From positions 96,001-160,000 of the forward strand of contig JBFXKG010000005.1 in the NCBI GenBank assembly GCA_050174015.1: a DNA stretch of 64,000 bases. The letters are read 5' to 3'. Shown in pieces: positions 10,780 to 19,589 of the stretch (positions are counted from its first letter, which is position 1; every line of letters starts with the position of its first letter). This DNA is from Candidatus Krumholzibacteriia bacterium. Its GTDB lineage: Bacteria > Krumholzibacteriota > Krumholzibacteriia > LZORAL124-64-63. A model generated the notes under the pieces. The model had not been told where the DNA came from. It saw only the letters and a program-made list of their open reading frames with translations, and made no database searches. The position numbers and the translations under genes are program-made.

Positions 10780-11649
10780 ATGTCCAGCACCACCAGGAAA
10801 TGGCTCACCGGTTGCGGCATCGGTTGCGGCCTGATCCTCATCGTCCTCGGCGCCGTGGGAACCTGCGGTTACTTCGGGGTCAGGAAGATCATCGACAAGG
10901 CCGATTCGCTGGAGGCCGATTTCGCCACCCTGAACGCCGAGTTCGGGCGCCCCGGCGATTTCGTCCCCGATCCGACCGGACGCATCCCTCCCGACCGCAT
11001 GGAAACCTTCCTGGAGATCCGCGACCGGATGACGCCCCTGCGGGAGGAGGTCTCGGCCATCTTCCGGGTCCTGGACGGGAAGGACCGCCTGAGCTTCCTG
11101 GAAAAGGCCAAGGCCGGTTTCAAGCTCGTGCCGGCGATCATGGACTTCATGGCCGAGCGCAACCGGGCCGTGCTGGAGGCGGGGATGGGCGTGGGCGAGT
11201 ACCAGCACATCTACTGCCTCGCCTACTACGGGTTGCTGGGGAAGGATCCGGCCGACGGGCCGGGTTTCGCCATCCGCTCCGACGACGAGGGGGACCGGGA
11301 GGTGCAGTTCGGCTGGAAGGGTACCGGGGACGGGAAGGACGAGGAGGAGGTCAGGCGGGAACGCGCCCGCGACCTGCGCAGGATGGTCAACCGCATCCAG
11401 CGGGAGATCCTCGGCAACCAGCTGGCCGCACTCGAGGCCCGGGGTGCGCTCGAACCCGACGAGGCGGACTGGCGCGACCGGCTGGCCGCCGAGGTCGACG
11501 CCATGCGGACGGAATACCTGCGCCTGCCCTGGGAAACCGCGCTGCCCGACCGCATCCGCGAGTCCCTCGAACCCTACCGGTCCGACCTCGAGGTCACCTA
11601 CGATCCCATGACCAGCATCCTGGAGATGGGGCTCGTGGATCAGGACTAG
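10780..11649 (+). CDS. Hypothetical membrane-anchored protein
   Basis: MSSTTRKWLTGCGIGC plus a TM helix, then a helical soluble domain; GGAGA RBS. Confidence 0.8.
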   Translation: MSSTTRKWLTGCGIGCGLILIVLGAVGTCGYFGVRKIIDKADSLEADFATLNAEFGRPGDFVPDPTGRIPPDRMETFLEIRDRMTPLREEVSAIFRVLDGKDRLSFLEKAKAGFKLVPAIMDFMAERNRAVLEAGMGVGEYQHIYCLAYYGLLGKDPADGPGFAIRSDDEGDREVQFGWKGTGDGKDEEEVRRERARDLRRMVNRIQREILGNQLAALEARGALEPDEADWRDRLAAEVDAMRTEYLRLPWETALPDRIRESLEPYRSDLEVTYDPMTSILEMGLVDQD

Positions 11650-11685
11650 GCGGACCTGGAGGCGGCGCGCCGGGTGGGACCGCCC

Positions 11686-13290
11686 TCAGGCCGGACGGGG
11701 AAGCCGGACCGCGAAGGTGCGGACGTGATGGGGCCGGCCCGCCCAAACGGGGAAGTCGAGGGGCGGGCGCAGGTCGATCACCTCGCCGAAGCAGGCCTCC
11801 AGGGCGCGGCGGTAGGCGGCGTGGTCGCCGCCGCGGTGGTTGTTGGCGAAGAAGGCGGCGCCCGAGGGCGCGAGGACCTCGGCGACCGCTGAGGCCAGCA
11901 GGGGCCACTCGTCCTCCAGGGAGAACTTCCCCCCGTCCCGGCTCGAGGCGAAGACCGGGGGATCGCAGACGACCAGGTCGAAGGCGGGATAGGCGTCGCC
12001 CAGTTCGGCCTTCCTGCGCAGCTGGCGTTTCAGCCACTTGCGGGCGTCCTCCTGGACGAACTTCCCGATGCCGCTTTCCTCCAGGCCGTTCACCTTGAAG
12101 TTGGCCTTGCCGGTGTTGAGGCAGGGACGGGCCGTGTCCACGGAGAAGACCACCTCTGCCCGTTCGGCGGCGGCCATCACCGAGAACGAGCAGGTGAACG
12201 CGAAGAGGTTGGCGACCCGCTTGCCGGCCGCGGCCAGGGCCAGCCGCCGCCGGGTGTCGCGCTGGTCCAGGAACAACCCGGTGTGCTGGGTCTTCAGCAG
12301 GTCGATCCGGAAGGCCAGGCCGTGCTCGATCACCTGGAAGACGGGCGGCGGCGGATCCCCGATCACCAGGCGTTCGGCTGCCAGGCCTTCACCGTGGGGA
12401 TTGCGGCTGTGGGCGCGCAGGACTCCGCCGCGCATCGCCCAGATGGCGGAGATCTCGTCCAGCAGGGGGCCGAGCCGGCCGTGCGCTTCGGCGAGGGGCT
12501 GCGCCTCGTCGTACCAGACGGCGTTGAACCAGGGCCCGAGGATCTCGACCGAAACGGGCAGCCCGGGAATCTCATCCCGGTGCACGATCCGGTGGGCGTC
12601 GGTCACCGCGGTCGGCCAGACCCCCCGGCGGTCCCTGCAGAGGGCCAGGTCCAGGCTCCCGGATCCTCCCTCGGCCAGCAGGCTCAGGGCCGGGGGCAGG
12701 GGCGCGACGACGGGTGCGGGGATGCCCGGCCATTCCACCTGGAGGCAGTGCAGGCAGAGGCGGGGAAAGGGCTCGCCGCCGTACTCCGGATCACCCAGCA
12801 GGGGCACCCCCGAGGCGGCGGCGTGGCGGCGGATCTGGTGCTTGCGGCCGCGGGCGATCTCCGCCCGGTAGCGGATGGGAGGTAATGCTCCTGGTCCGGC
12901 GGTCCCGGCGGCGGGACCCAGCCGGAAGAAGCGGGTCGCGGCGGCCTTGCTGTCCAGGGGGTCCTCCCGGGACCAGGCGTCCGGCAGCCCGAGTTCGCGG
13001 GAGTCGGCCGTCGCCAGGAATTCGTACACCTTGCGGGCTTCGCCCCGCTCGTGGATGGCCTGGGCCTCGGCCGAGGCGGCGCCGTCCAGGGCCAGCAGCA
13101 GGGCTCCGCTGGTTTCGCGGTCCAGCCGGGAGACGACCTGGGCCGCGATTCCCAGATGGAGCTCCAGCCATTCGACCACGCCGAGCTCCCCGGGGCTCGC
13201 GGCGTGGGTGGCCATGCCGCACGGCTTGTTCACCACCAGCCAGCGGGGATCCCGGTGCAGGATGCAGGTGGAGCCGGCGCCCTGGAACAT
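11686..13290 (-). CDS. Fusion of an RluA-family pseudouridine synthase and an RlmI/RlmK-like class I SAM methyltransferase
   Basis: N-terminal VVNKPCG, SRLDRETSG, GRKHQIR, GDPEYG; C-terminal TGLFLDQR, NLFAFT, DPPVF. Confidence 0.88.
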   Translation of the reverse strand: MFQGAGSTCILHRDPRWLVVNKPCGMATHAASPGELGVVEWLELHLGIAAQVVSRLDRETSGALLLALDGAASAEAQAIHERGEARKVYEFLATADSRELGLPDAWSREDPLDSKAAATRFFRLGPAAGTAGPGALPPIRYRAEIARGRKHQIRRHAAASGVPLLGDPEYGGEPFPRLCLHCLQVEWPGIPAPVVAPLPPALSLLAEGGSGSLDLALCRDRRGVWPTAVTDAHRIVHRDEIPGLPVSVEILGPWFNAVWYDEAQPLAEAHGRLGPLLDEISAIWAMRGGVLRAHSRNPHGEGLAAERLVIGDPPPPVFQVIEHGLAFRIDLLKTQHTGLFLDQRDTRRRLALAAAGKRVANLFAFTCSFSVMAAAERAEVVFSVDTARPCLNTGKANFKVNGLEESGIGKFVQEDARKWLKRQLRRKAELGDAYPAFDLVVCDPPVFASSRDGGKFSLEDEWPLLASAVAEVLAPSGAAFFANNHRGGDHAAYRRALEACFGEVIDLRPPLDFPVWAGRPHHVRTFAVRLPRPA

Positions 13291-13540
13291 GGTCAGCCTT
13301 TCCCAGCCGGGCCGGACAGGAAGGCGGCGGCCCTTTCGGCCAGCAGCTCCATGTAGCGGGCATGGTCCATGCCCGTCCCGGCACGCGGGAGGATGTCGAT
13401 CGGCAGGTTCAAGGGGCCTACCTCCTTTCTGGGGGGGATTATTCCCGATGCATGGGTGGATCACAAGCGGTGGTTGAAAGGGTCCCCGCTTGTCCGTACA
13501 TTCCAACCCGTCCCGTCCACCCCCGGCTCCGGAAGGATCC

Positions 13541-15796
13541 ATGAACCGTCCCCAAAATTTCGCACCGTCCTTTCGCGTGGACGGCCGGCTCGTCCAGCCG
13601 GATCTGAACCGCATCTGCGGTCCGGAGGGGGAGGTCCAGGTGGAACCGCGGGTCATGCAGGTGCTGCTGGCCCTGTCCCGCACCCCCGGTCGGGTGGTGT
13701 CCCGCAACGACATCCTGGACGAGGTCTGGGGCGACCAGATCGTGGGCGAGGAGAACCTGACCCGGGCCATCTCGGAACTGCGCCGGATCTTCGGCGACCA
13801 GGCGCGCGAACCCCGGTACATCGAGACCATCCGCCATCACGGCTACCGGCTGATCGCCCCGGTGACGGAGCCGGAGAACGAGGCCGCAGGGGATCCAGCC
13901 GAAGCGCCGGGTGACGAGGCCGTGAACACCCCGGACGCCACCGCCCCGGATGTCCCGGCCATTCCCTCCTCCCCGGTCGGGGGGGAGCCCCCGCGCCCCC
14001 GGAGCAGACGCCCGGGGAGGATTCCCCTCGGCGCGGTGATCATCGTGGCGATCACCGCCGTGGCCGTGAACTGGTGGCTGGATGGCCGGAGGGGGGACGC
14101 CGGCGATCCCGTCCCCGCACCTTCACCCGAGGATGTCCGGCCCCTGACCTCCTACACGGGGCGGGAGCGCCACCCGGCCCTGTCCCCGGACGGGCTCAGG
14201 GTGGCCTTCGCCTGGTCGGGCCCCGAGACGGAGGGTCCGTCGACCAGCCTGTTCATCAAGCAGCAGAACTCGGAGACCCCGCTCCAGCTGACCGATGCCG
14301 AGGGGTGGGTCGCCTGGCCGGCCTGGTCTCCCGACGGGCAGACCATCGCCTACGTCCAGGGGGGAGGGGGCCGCAGGGCCGTCCTGTGCACCATCCCCTC
14401 CCTGGGCGGACCGGTGCGGGAGTTGGCGGCTTCGGCCGGCCTGATCGAGGGGTTGGACTGGAGTCCCGACGGGGACAGCCTGGTGTACTCCGCCCTGGAC
14501 ACCCTGGAGGGGATTCCCGTCCTGATGATCCTGGACCTGCCGTCCCTGACCACGACCGTGCTCGATCCCGAACGATTCGGCCCCGGACGGGCCACCTTGC
14601 CGCGGATGTCTCCCGACGGGTCGAAGCTGGCCTGGGTCGCCTCCGACCCCGGCGGCGGGGGGGTCCTGATGGGGTCGTCCTGGCCGGATCCCGAGGGGCC
14701 GGCCAGGCGGCTGGCGGAGGGCCTGGGCGTCCTGGGCGGGCTGGCCTGGAGTCCCGACGGCCGGTCCATCGTCTTCGGCGCGGCCCCTGCGGGGGAATTC
14801 TCCCTGTGGACCGTGTCCTGGGAACGCGGAGAACCCCTGCCCCTGACGATCGGGGAGGGGATGGCCTGGAATCCCCACCTGAGCCGCCGCTCGGGGGATC
14901 TGGTCTTCGAGCAGCTGGCCATGGACCGCGACCTGTGGTGCGTCAAGGTGCTCGAATCGTCACCCTGGCGCCTGGAAAGCCGGCCTTTCGCACCATCGAC
15001 CCGCTGGGAGTTCGAGGCCGACTTCAGCCCCGACGGCGGCCGGGTGGCCTTCGTCTCGGCCCGGTCGGGCGCTCCGGAGATCTGGCTGGCCGATTCCACG
15101 GGCGCCGACCTGACCAGACTGACCGACCTCGCCGCCGAGGCGATCACCCATCCCCGCTGGTCTCCCGACGGGACCCGCATCGGCTGCAACATCCTGCGCG
15201 GCGGCCGCTTGCTGGCGGCCGTCTGCGACGCCCGCGGAGGCGCTCCGCGCGAACTCACCACGGCCGGCGCCAACCTCCGGTTTTCGGCCTGGACGCCCGA
15301 CGGCCTCGGCGTCCTGCTCGCCGGGCCCACGGACCGCGGATGGCGCCTGCTGCGGACGTCCCTCGAAGAGGCGCCAGGAGAGACGGGCCCGGTCGACTTC
15401 CTGCCGCCCGGACTCGCCGCGGTCCAGGGGGAGTTCTCCCCCGACGGGCGCCACCTCTACTTCATCCGGCCAGGGGTCCGGGGCCTGTGGCGGGTCACCC
15501 TCGGGCCAGGGGGCGATCCCGAGGGGGACCCGCAGCTGGTCGTTGCGGAGATCGATGCGGCCCGCAGGGACAGCTGGCGGATCAGCGGCGGCCAGGTGGT
15601 CTGGGTCATGAGGGCTTCGGGCCTGGCCTACCTGGCCCTGACGGACACCGGAACGCTGGCGTCCACCCTGGTGACGGATTTGCCGGGATGGGCCGGCGAG
15701 GGCATCGCCGCGGCCCCCACCGGGAGGGCCTTCCTGTATCCCCATACCCGGAAAGTGGAGGCCGATCTGATGTGGATTCCGGGTTTCGCCCGTTGA
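13541..15796 (+). CDS. CadC/ToxR-type winged-helix regulator with TM helix and TolB-like (PD40) beta-propeller
   Basis: VEPRVMQVL, LTRAISELR, YIETIRHHGYRL; TM helix; many [WFL]SPDG repeats. Confidence 0.9.
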   Translation: MNRPQNFAPSFRVDGRLVQPDLNRICGPEGEVQVEPRVMQVLLALSRTPGRVVSRNDILDEVWGDQIVGEENLTRAISELRRIFGDQAREPRYIETIRHHGYRLIAPVTEPENEAAGDPAEAPGDEAVNTPDATAPDVPAIPSSPVGGEPPRPRSRRPGRIPLGAVIIVAITAVAVNWWLDGRRGDAGDPVPAPSPEDVRPLTSYTGRERHPALSPDGLRVAFAWSGPETEGPSTSLFIKQQNSETPLQLTDAEGWVAWPAWSPDGQTIAYVQGGGGRRAVLCTIPSLGGPVRELAASAGLIEGLDWSPDGDSLVYSALDTLEGIPVLMILDLPSLTTTVLDPERFGPGRATLPRMSPDGSKLAWVASDPGGGGVLMGSSWPDPEGPARRLAEGLGVLGGLAWSPDGRSIVFGAAPAGEFSLWTVSWERGEPLPLTIGEGMAWNPHLSRRSGDLVFEQLAMDRDLWCVKVLESSPWRLESRPFAPSTRWEFEADFSPDGGRVAFVSARSGAPEIWLADSTGADLTRLTDLAAEAITHPRWSPDGTRIGCNILRGGRLLAAVCDARGGAPRELTTAGANLRFSAWTPDGLGVLLAGPTDRGWRLLRTSLEEAPGETGPVDFLPPGLAAVQGEFSPDGRHLYFIRPGVRGLWRVTLGPGGDPEGDPQLVVAEIDAARRDSWRISGGQVVWVMRASGLAYLALTDTGTLASTLVTDLPGWAGEGIAAAPTGRAFLYPHTRKVEADLMWIPGFAR

Positions 15797-15965
15797 ACGG
15801 CCGGTCCGCCAAGATTCTTGTCGAATTTTAATTCATTGACATCAAACGAGTTGGAAACATCGGGGCCGTCTTAAGGTTTTCTTAACCTGTCCTTCAGGCG
15901 GTGGGTCGGGGATTTTCGTTCCATTCCCTTCGAACTGTCGACAATCCCGTCGGCGGGTTCGCGGT

Positions 15966-16243
15966 AAGAGGCCGGTCTCGGTCGTGTCTTGGACTGGAAC
16001 TGCGAGAGGGATTCCTTATTCACCTGGTCGCCAAGTGGATCCCGGCTCAGGCCAAGACCGGTGGGGCCATGCTGATGGAGCGGGTAACATGCCCCCCCGC
16101 CCAGCAGGTGGTCACTCCGGAAGCGACCGACCGGCCTTTTGCCCCTTGCCTCGTGGCCCCGTGAGTGGACAACCTGCCGGCGCACGTCCAGCGACGCTCC
16201 GATCCCCCTCGTGACGAGTCCAGGACACCCGGCAGGTTTTTTC
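15966..16243 (+). ncRNA. Candidate structured non-coding RNA, family unassigned
   Basis: Nested stems with G-U pairs favouring the + strand, upstream TTGACA at 15836, terminal AACCTGCCGG/CCGGCAGGTT stem plus T tract; no convincing ORF. Confidence 0.4.
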
Positions 16244-16259
16244 CCCATCCCGCTCGCCC

Positions 16260-17117
16260 TCAGCCCCTCGCCAGCTCCCCCAGGATCTCCCCCCGCGCTC
16301 CCTCCCTCAGCTTCCGCATGGCCCGGTTGCGGATCTGGCGCACCCGCTCCCGTGACAGCCGCAACCTCTGCCCGATCGACTCCAGGGACTGCGAGGGTTC
16401 CTGGCCCAGCCCGAAGTAGCTCGCCAGGACTCCCCGTTCCCGCTGATCCAGTTCGGCCATGGCCGCAGCCAGGTGCTCTTCCAGACCCTGATTCTCCAGC
16501 GCGGTCAGGGGCACTGCGGCGCCGGGGTCGGCCAGGGTCTCCGCAAGGGTGGGGCTCTCGCCGTCGCCCTGCTCGTCCAGGGGGATGTTGGGCCGCCCGG
16601 CCGCCCGGATCCGGCCGATGATCAGGGGATCGAGGCCCATTTCACGGGCGAGATCGAGGTCCTGGGTCTCGCCCATGGCGGACTGGTTCATCCGCCTTTC
16701 GATGGCGGCGATCTTTACCGCGTCGCGCGCCCGGTTGGCGGGGAGCCGCACCGTGCGGGTCTTCTCCTGCAGGGCGGTGAGGATGGTCTGGCGGATCCAC
16801 CAGGCCGCGTAGGTGATGAACCGCGAATCGCGCCGCTCGTCGAACCTGCGGGCGGCGGTGATCAGGCCGACGTTGCCCTCGGCGATCAGGTCCATCGTGC
16901 TCAGGCCCCGTCCCAGGTACCGCTTCGCCACGCTGACCACGAACCGCAGGTTGGCGTTGACCATGGCGTCGAGGGCCTCGCCGTCGCCCCCGCGGATGCG
17001 CCGTGCCAGATCCTGCTCCTGCTCGCGGCTCAGCAGGGGATACCGCCCGATGATGCGGAGATAATGTTTCAGGGCCGGATCGTTCCGGCGCTCGAGATTG
17101 CTCTCGTATTCGTGCAT
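16260..17117 (-). CDS. RNA polymerase sigma-70 factor, short RpoD/SigA-like type
   Basis: PLLSREQE, NLRFVVSVAKRY, DLIAEGNVGL, FITYAAWWIRQ, SRERVRQI; no region 1.1. Confidence 0.95.
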   Translation of the reverse strand: MHEYESNLERRNDPALKHYLRIIGRYPLLSREQEQDLARRIRGGDGEALDAMVNANLRFVVSVAKRYLGRGLSTMDLIAEGNVGLITAARRFDERRDSRFITYAAWWIRQTILTALQEKTRTVRLPANRARDAVKIAAIERRMNQSAMGETQDLDLAREMGLDPLIIGRIRAAGRPNIPLDEQGDGESPTLAETLADPGAAVPLTALENQGLEEHLAAAMAELDQRERGVLASYFGLGQEPSQSLESIGQRLRLSRERVRQIRNRAMRKLREGARGEILGELARG

Positions 17118-17245
17118 GACACCCTCCCGTCGGTGCGATCCGGATTCATGGAGGGCTTACGAGGATGGCGGCGGGGTGTGACCGGGAAAGGCGGGGCCCC
17201 CGCAGGGGCCCCCGGAGGGGCCCCACGGGGCGATCGCGGCGGAGA

Positions 17246-18058
17246 TCAGCTCCTGTATTCCTGTCCCTTCAGGACCTGGGTCGCGCCCCCCTCGAGGAAG
17301 TGGTAGTCGGAGTACCCGTATTCCTCAAGGTAGTACTGGAGCCACTTGATCTGCTTGCCGACCTGGTCGAAGATCAGGAGCGTCTTGTCCTGGTTCTCCT
17401 TCCGGGCCACGAAGTTGGGGATGAAGACGTCCAGGGGGATTCCCCGGGCCCCGGTGATCCCCGGCAGGTCGCCGGATTTCTGGATGTGGTCGCGGACGTC
17501 GATCACCATCGCGTTCGGTTCGGCGGCCTTGGTCTGGAACGCGGCGAAATCCAGGCACTTGCCCTGGAAGTAGGACTTCTTCAGGAGCTGCTTGTCGGGG
17601 TCGGTGATGGCCTTGCCCAGCAACAGGGTACTCTGCGGCCAGACGGAGGCCCATTCGGGGATGCCGGCATCGAAGGCGTAGACGTTGTCGAATCCCGCGG
17701 CCATGGCTTCCTGCGCCGCCTTGTAGGATTTCAGGCAGGTGGTGCCGTTGCAGTAGAACGCGACGTTGCGGCCCGGGTTGGCGGCGACCAGATCGGCGAT
17801 CTCGCCGGCGAAGGTCTTCTGCGAGACGGCGATGTGATGGGCGCCGTCGATGTGGATGACGTCGTACTCCAGCTTGGAGCGAACGTCGACGACCACGAAT
17901 TCGCCGCTTTCCAGGCCCAGGAACAGGTCGTAGGTTTCAATGGTCTTGACATCGGGATAATCCCCGCGGTAGGGATATTTCTCGTCGGCCGACGCCGTCA
18001 CGGCGAGGCCGGCGATCAGGGCGACGGCGAGCATGGCGTGGATCTTCGAGCGGATCAT
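17246..18058 (-). CDS. Secreted tandem rhodanese-domain protein
   Basis: Signal peptide, VDVRSKLEY..HIDGA, FYCNGTTC, second IDVRD domain, FLEGG; AGGAGG RBS. Confidence 0.85.
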   Translation of the reverse strand: MIRSKIHAMLAVALIAGLAVTASADEKYPYRGDYPDVKTIETYDLFLGLESGEFVVVDVRSKLEYDVIHIDGAHHIAVSQKTFAGEIADLVAANPGRNVAFYCNGTTCLKSYKAAQEAMAAGFDNVYAFDAGIPEWASVWPQSTLLLGKAITDPDKQLLKKSYFQGKCLDFAAFQTKAAEPNAMVIDVRDHIQKSGDLPGITGARGIPLDVFIPNFVARKENQDKTLLIFDQVGKQIKWLQYYLEEYGYSDYHFLEGGATQVLKGQEYRS

Positions 18059-18157
18059 GGGGCTCCTCCTCCGGATGGTGCCTGGGTTCGTTCCTGGTTT
18101 GTGGTATTCGGATGGAATCCCATCGACAGTGTGGGGATTTTCTTGAGGAGGAATCCC

Positions 18158-18661
18158 ATGGATGTGGTGCGCAGGGGGAAAACGGGCGGGACCATGCTGC
18201 TCATGGCCCTGGTCCTGGTGGCGATCGGCGCCCTGGCCCTGGGGGCCGGGGAGAAGATGAGCGTCCAGGTCAAGACCGGCCAGCTCCGGGCCAAGGCCTC
18301 GTTCCTGGGGGCGCTGACGGGCGAGGTCGGGTACGGGACGCGGGTGGACGTGGTGGCCCGGCAGGGGGCCTGGGTCAAGGTGTCCGGGGCGGGCAAGGAG
18401 GGCTGGATCCACGAATCCGCCCTGACCCCCAAGGTCGTGGTCATGAAGGCGGGGGACGCGCCGGTCGGGACGGGCGCCGGCGGCGACGAGGTCGCCCTCG
18501 CCGGCAAGGGATTCAACTCCCAGGTCGAGGAGGAATACCGCAAGGAGAACAGGGAGGTCGACTTCGCCTGGGTCGACCGCATGGAGAAGTTCGTGATCAC
18601 CCCCCGGCAGGCAGCCGACTTCCTCGCCGAAGGCTCCGTCGGAACCGAAGGGGGGAACTGA
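18158..18661 (+). CDS. Secreted SH3b-domain protein
   Basis: Signal peptide, LRAKAS, GAWVKV, EGWIHESAL, C-terminal ALAGKGF; GAGGAG RBS. Confidence 0.85.
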   Translation: MDVVRRGKTGGTMLLMALVLVAIGALALGAGEKMSVQVKTGQLRAKASFLGALTGEVGYGTRVDVVARQGAWVKVSGAGKEGWIHESALTPKVVVMKAGDAPVGTGAGGDEVALAGKGFNSQVEEEYRKENREVDFAWVDRMEKFVITPRQAADFLAEGSVGTEGGN

Positions 18662-18662
18662 C

Positions 18663-19589
18663 ATGAAGACCTTCGGCACGACGATCCGGACCGTACTGGT
18701 GATCCTGGCCCTGGCCGCCCTGGCGGCCGGCTGCGCCTCGGTGGCCAAGATGGCCACCCAGGTGGGCCAGGGGACCGGGGCCATCACCGAGGACCAGGCC
18801 CAGTCCCTGAACCGCAGCATCGACGCGGTGGAGAAGACCTTCACCGACATCACGCCCGAGCAGGAGTACTACCTGGGCCGCGCCGTGGCGGCCAACCTGC
18901 TGACCGACCAGCGGGCCCTGGACGATGCGGCGGCCAACGCCTACCTGAACCGCCTGGGCCAGACCCTGGCCATGGCCTCGGACCGCCCGGAGACCTTCGG
19001 CGGATACCACTTCCTGCTGCTGGATTCGGACGAGATCAACGCCTTCGCCGCGCCCGGCGGCCTGATCCTGGTCACCCGGGGCATGGTGCGGCTTTGCGGG
19101 ACCGAGGACGAACTGGCGGCGGTCCTCGCGCACGAGATCGGGCACATCCAGGGCAAGCACGGCCTGCGGGCCATCAAGAACAGCCGGCTGACCGGCGCCC
19201 TGACGGTCCTGGCGGCCGAGGGCGCGCGCCAGTTCGGCGGGCAGGACCTCAAGAATCTGGTCGAGGCCTACGAGGGCAGCATCAGCGACATCACCGGGAC
19301 CCTGGTGACAAGCGGTTACTCCCGCGGCCTGGAACAGGAAGCCGACCGGGCGGCGGTGGCCATCCTGGAGCGGGTGGGCTACGACCCGCACGCGCTGGTC
19401 ACGATGCTGACCCGCATGAAGGAGCGGCTCGAGCCCGGCGGGCTGGATTTCGCCAAGACCCATCCCGACCCGGGCGACCGGATCGCCGACATCAAGCCCC
19501 TGATGACCAGGGCGCCGGCGGCGGCCGAACCGGCTGCGCGCCACCGGAGGTTCATCGGGGCGGTGGGCGGACTGCTCGCCGGGTCATGA
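18663..19589 (+). CDS. M48 family zinc metallopeptidase lipoprotein
   Basis: LAAGC lipobox, INAFAAPGG, LAHEIGH, EQEAD, THPDPGDR. Confidence 0.93.
   Translation: MKTFGTTIRTVLVILALAALAAGCASVAKMATQVGQGTGAITEDQAQSLNRSIDAVEKTFTDITPEQEYYLGRAVAANLLTDQRALDDAAANAYLNRLGQTLAMASDRPETFGGYHFLLLDSDEINAFAAPGGLILVTRGMVRLCGTEDELAAVLAHEIGHIQGKHGLRAIKNSRLTGALTVLAAEGARQFGGQDLKNLVEAYEGSISDITGTLVTSGYSRGLEQEADRAAVAILERVGYDPHALVTMLTRMKERLEPGGLDFAKTHPDPGDRIADIKPLMTRAPAAAEPAARHRRFIGAVGGLLAGS

Noticed and set aside
15871..16248. Small ORFs 15901-16164(+), 15871-16248(-) and 15984-16214(+)
   Set aside because: No RBS, atypical codon usage and no recognisable domain; RNA structure explains the region better
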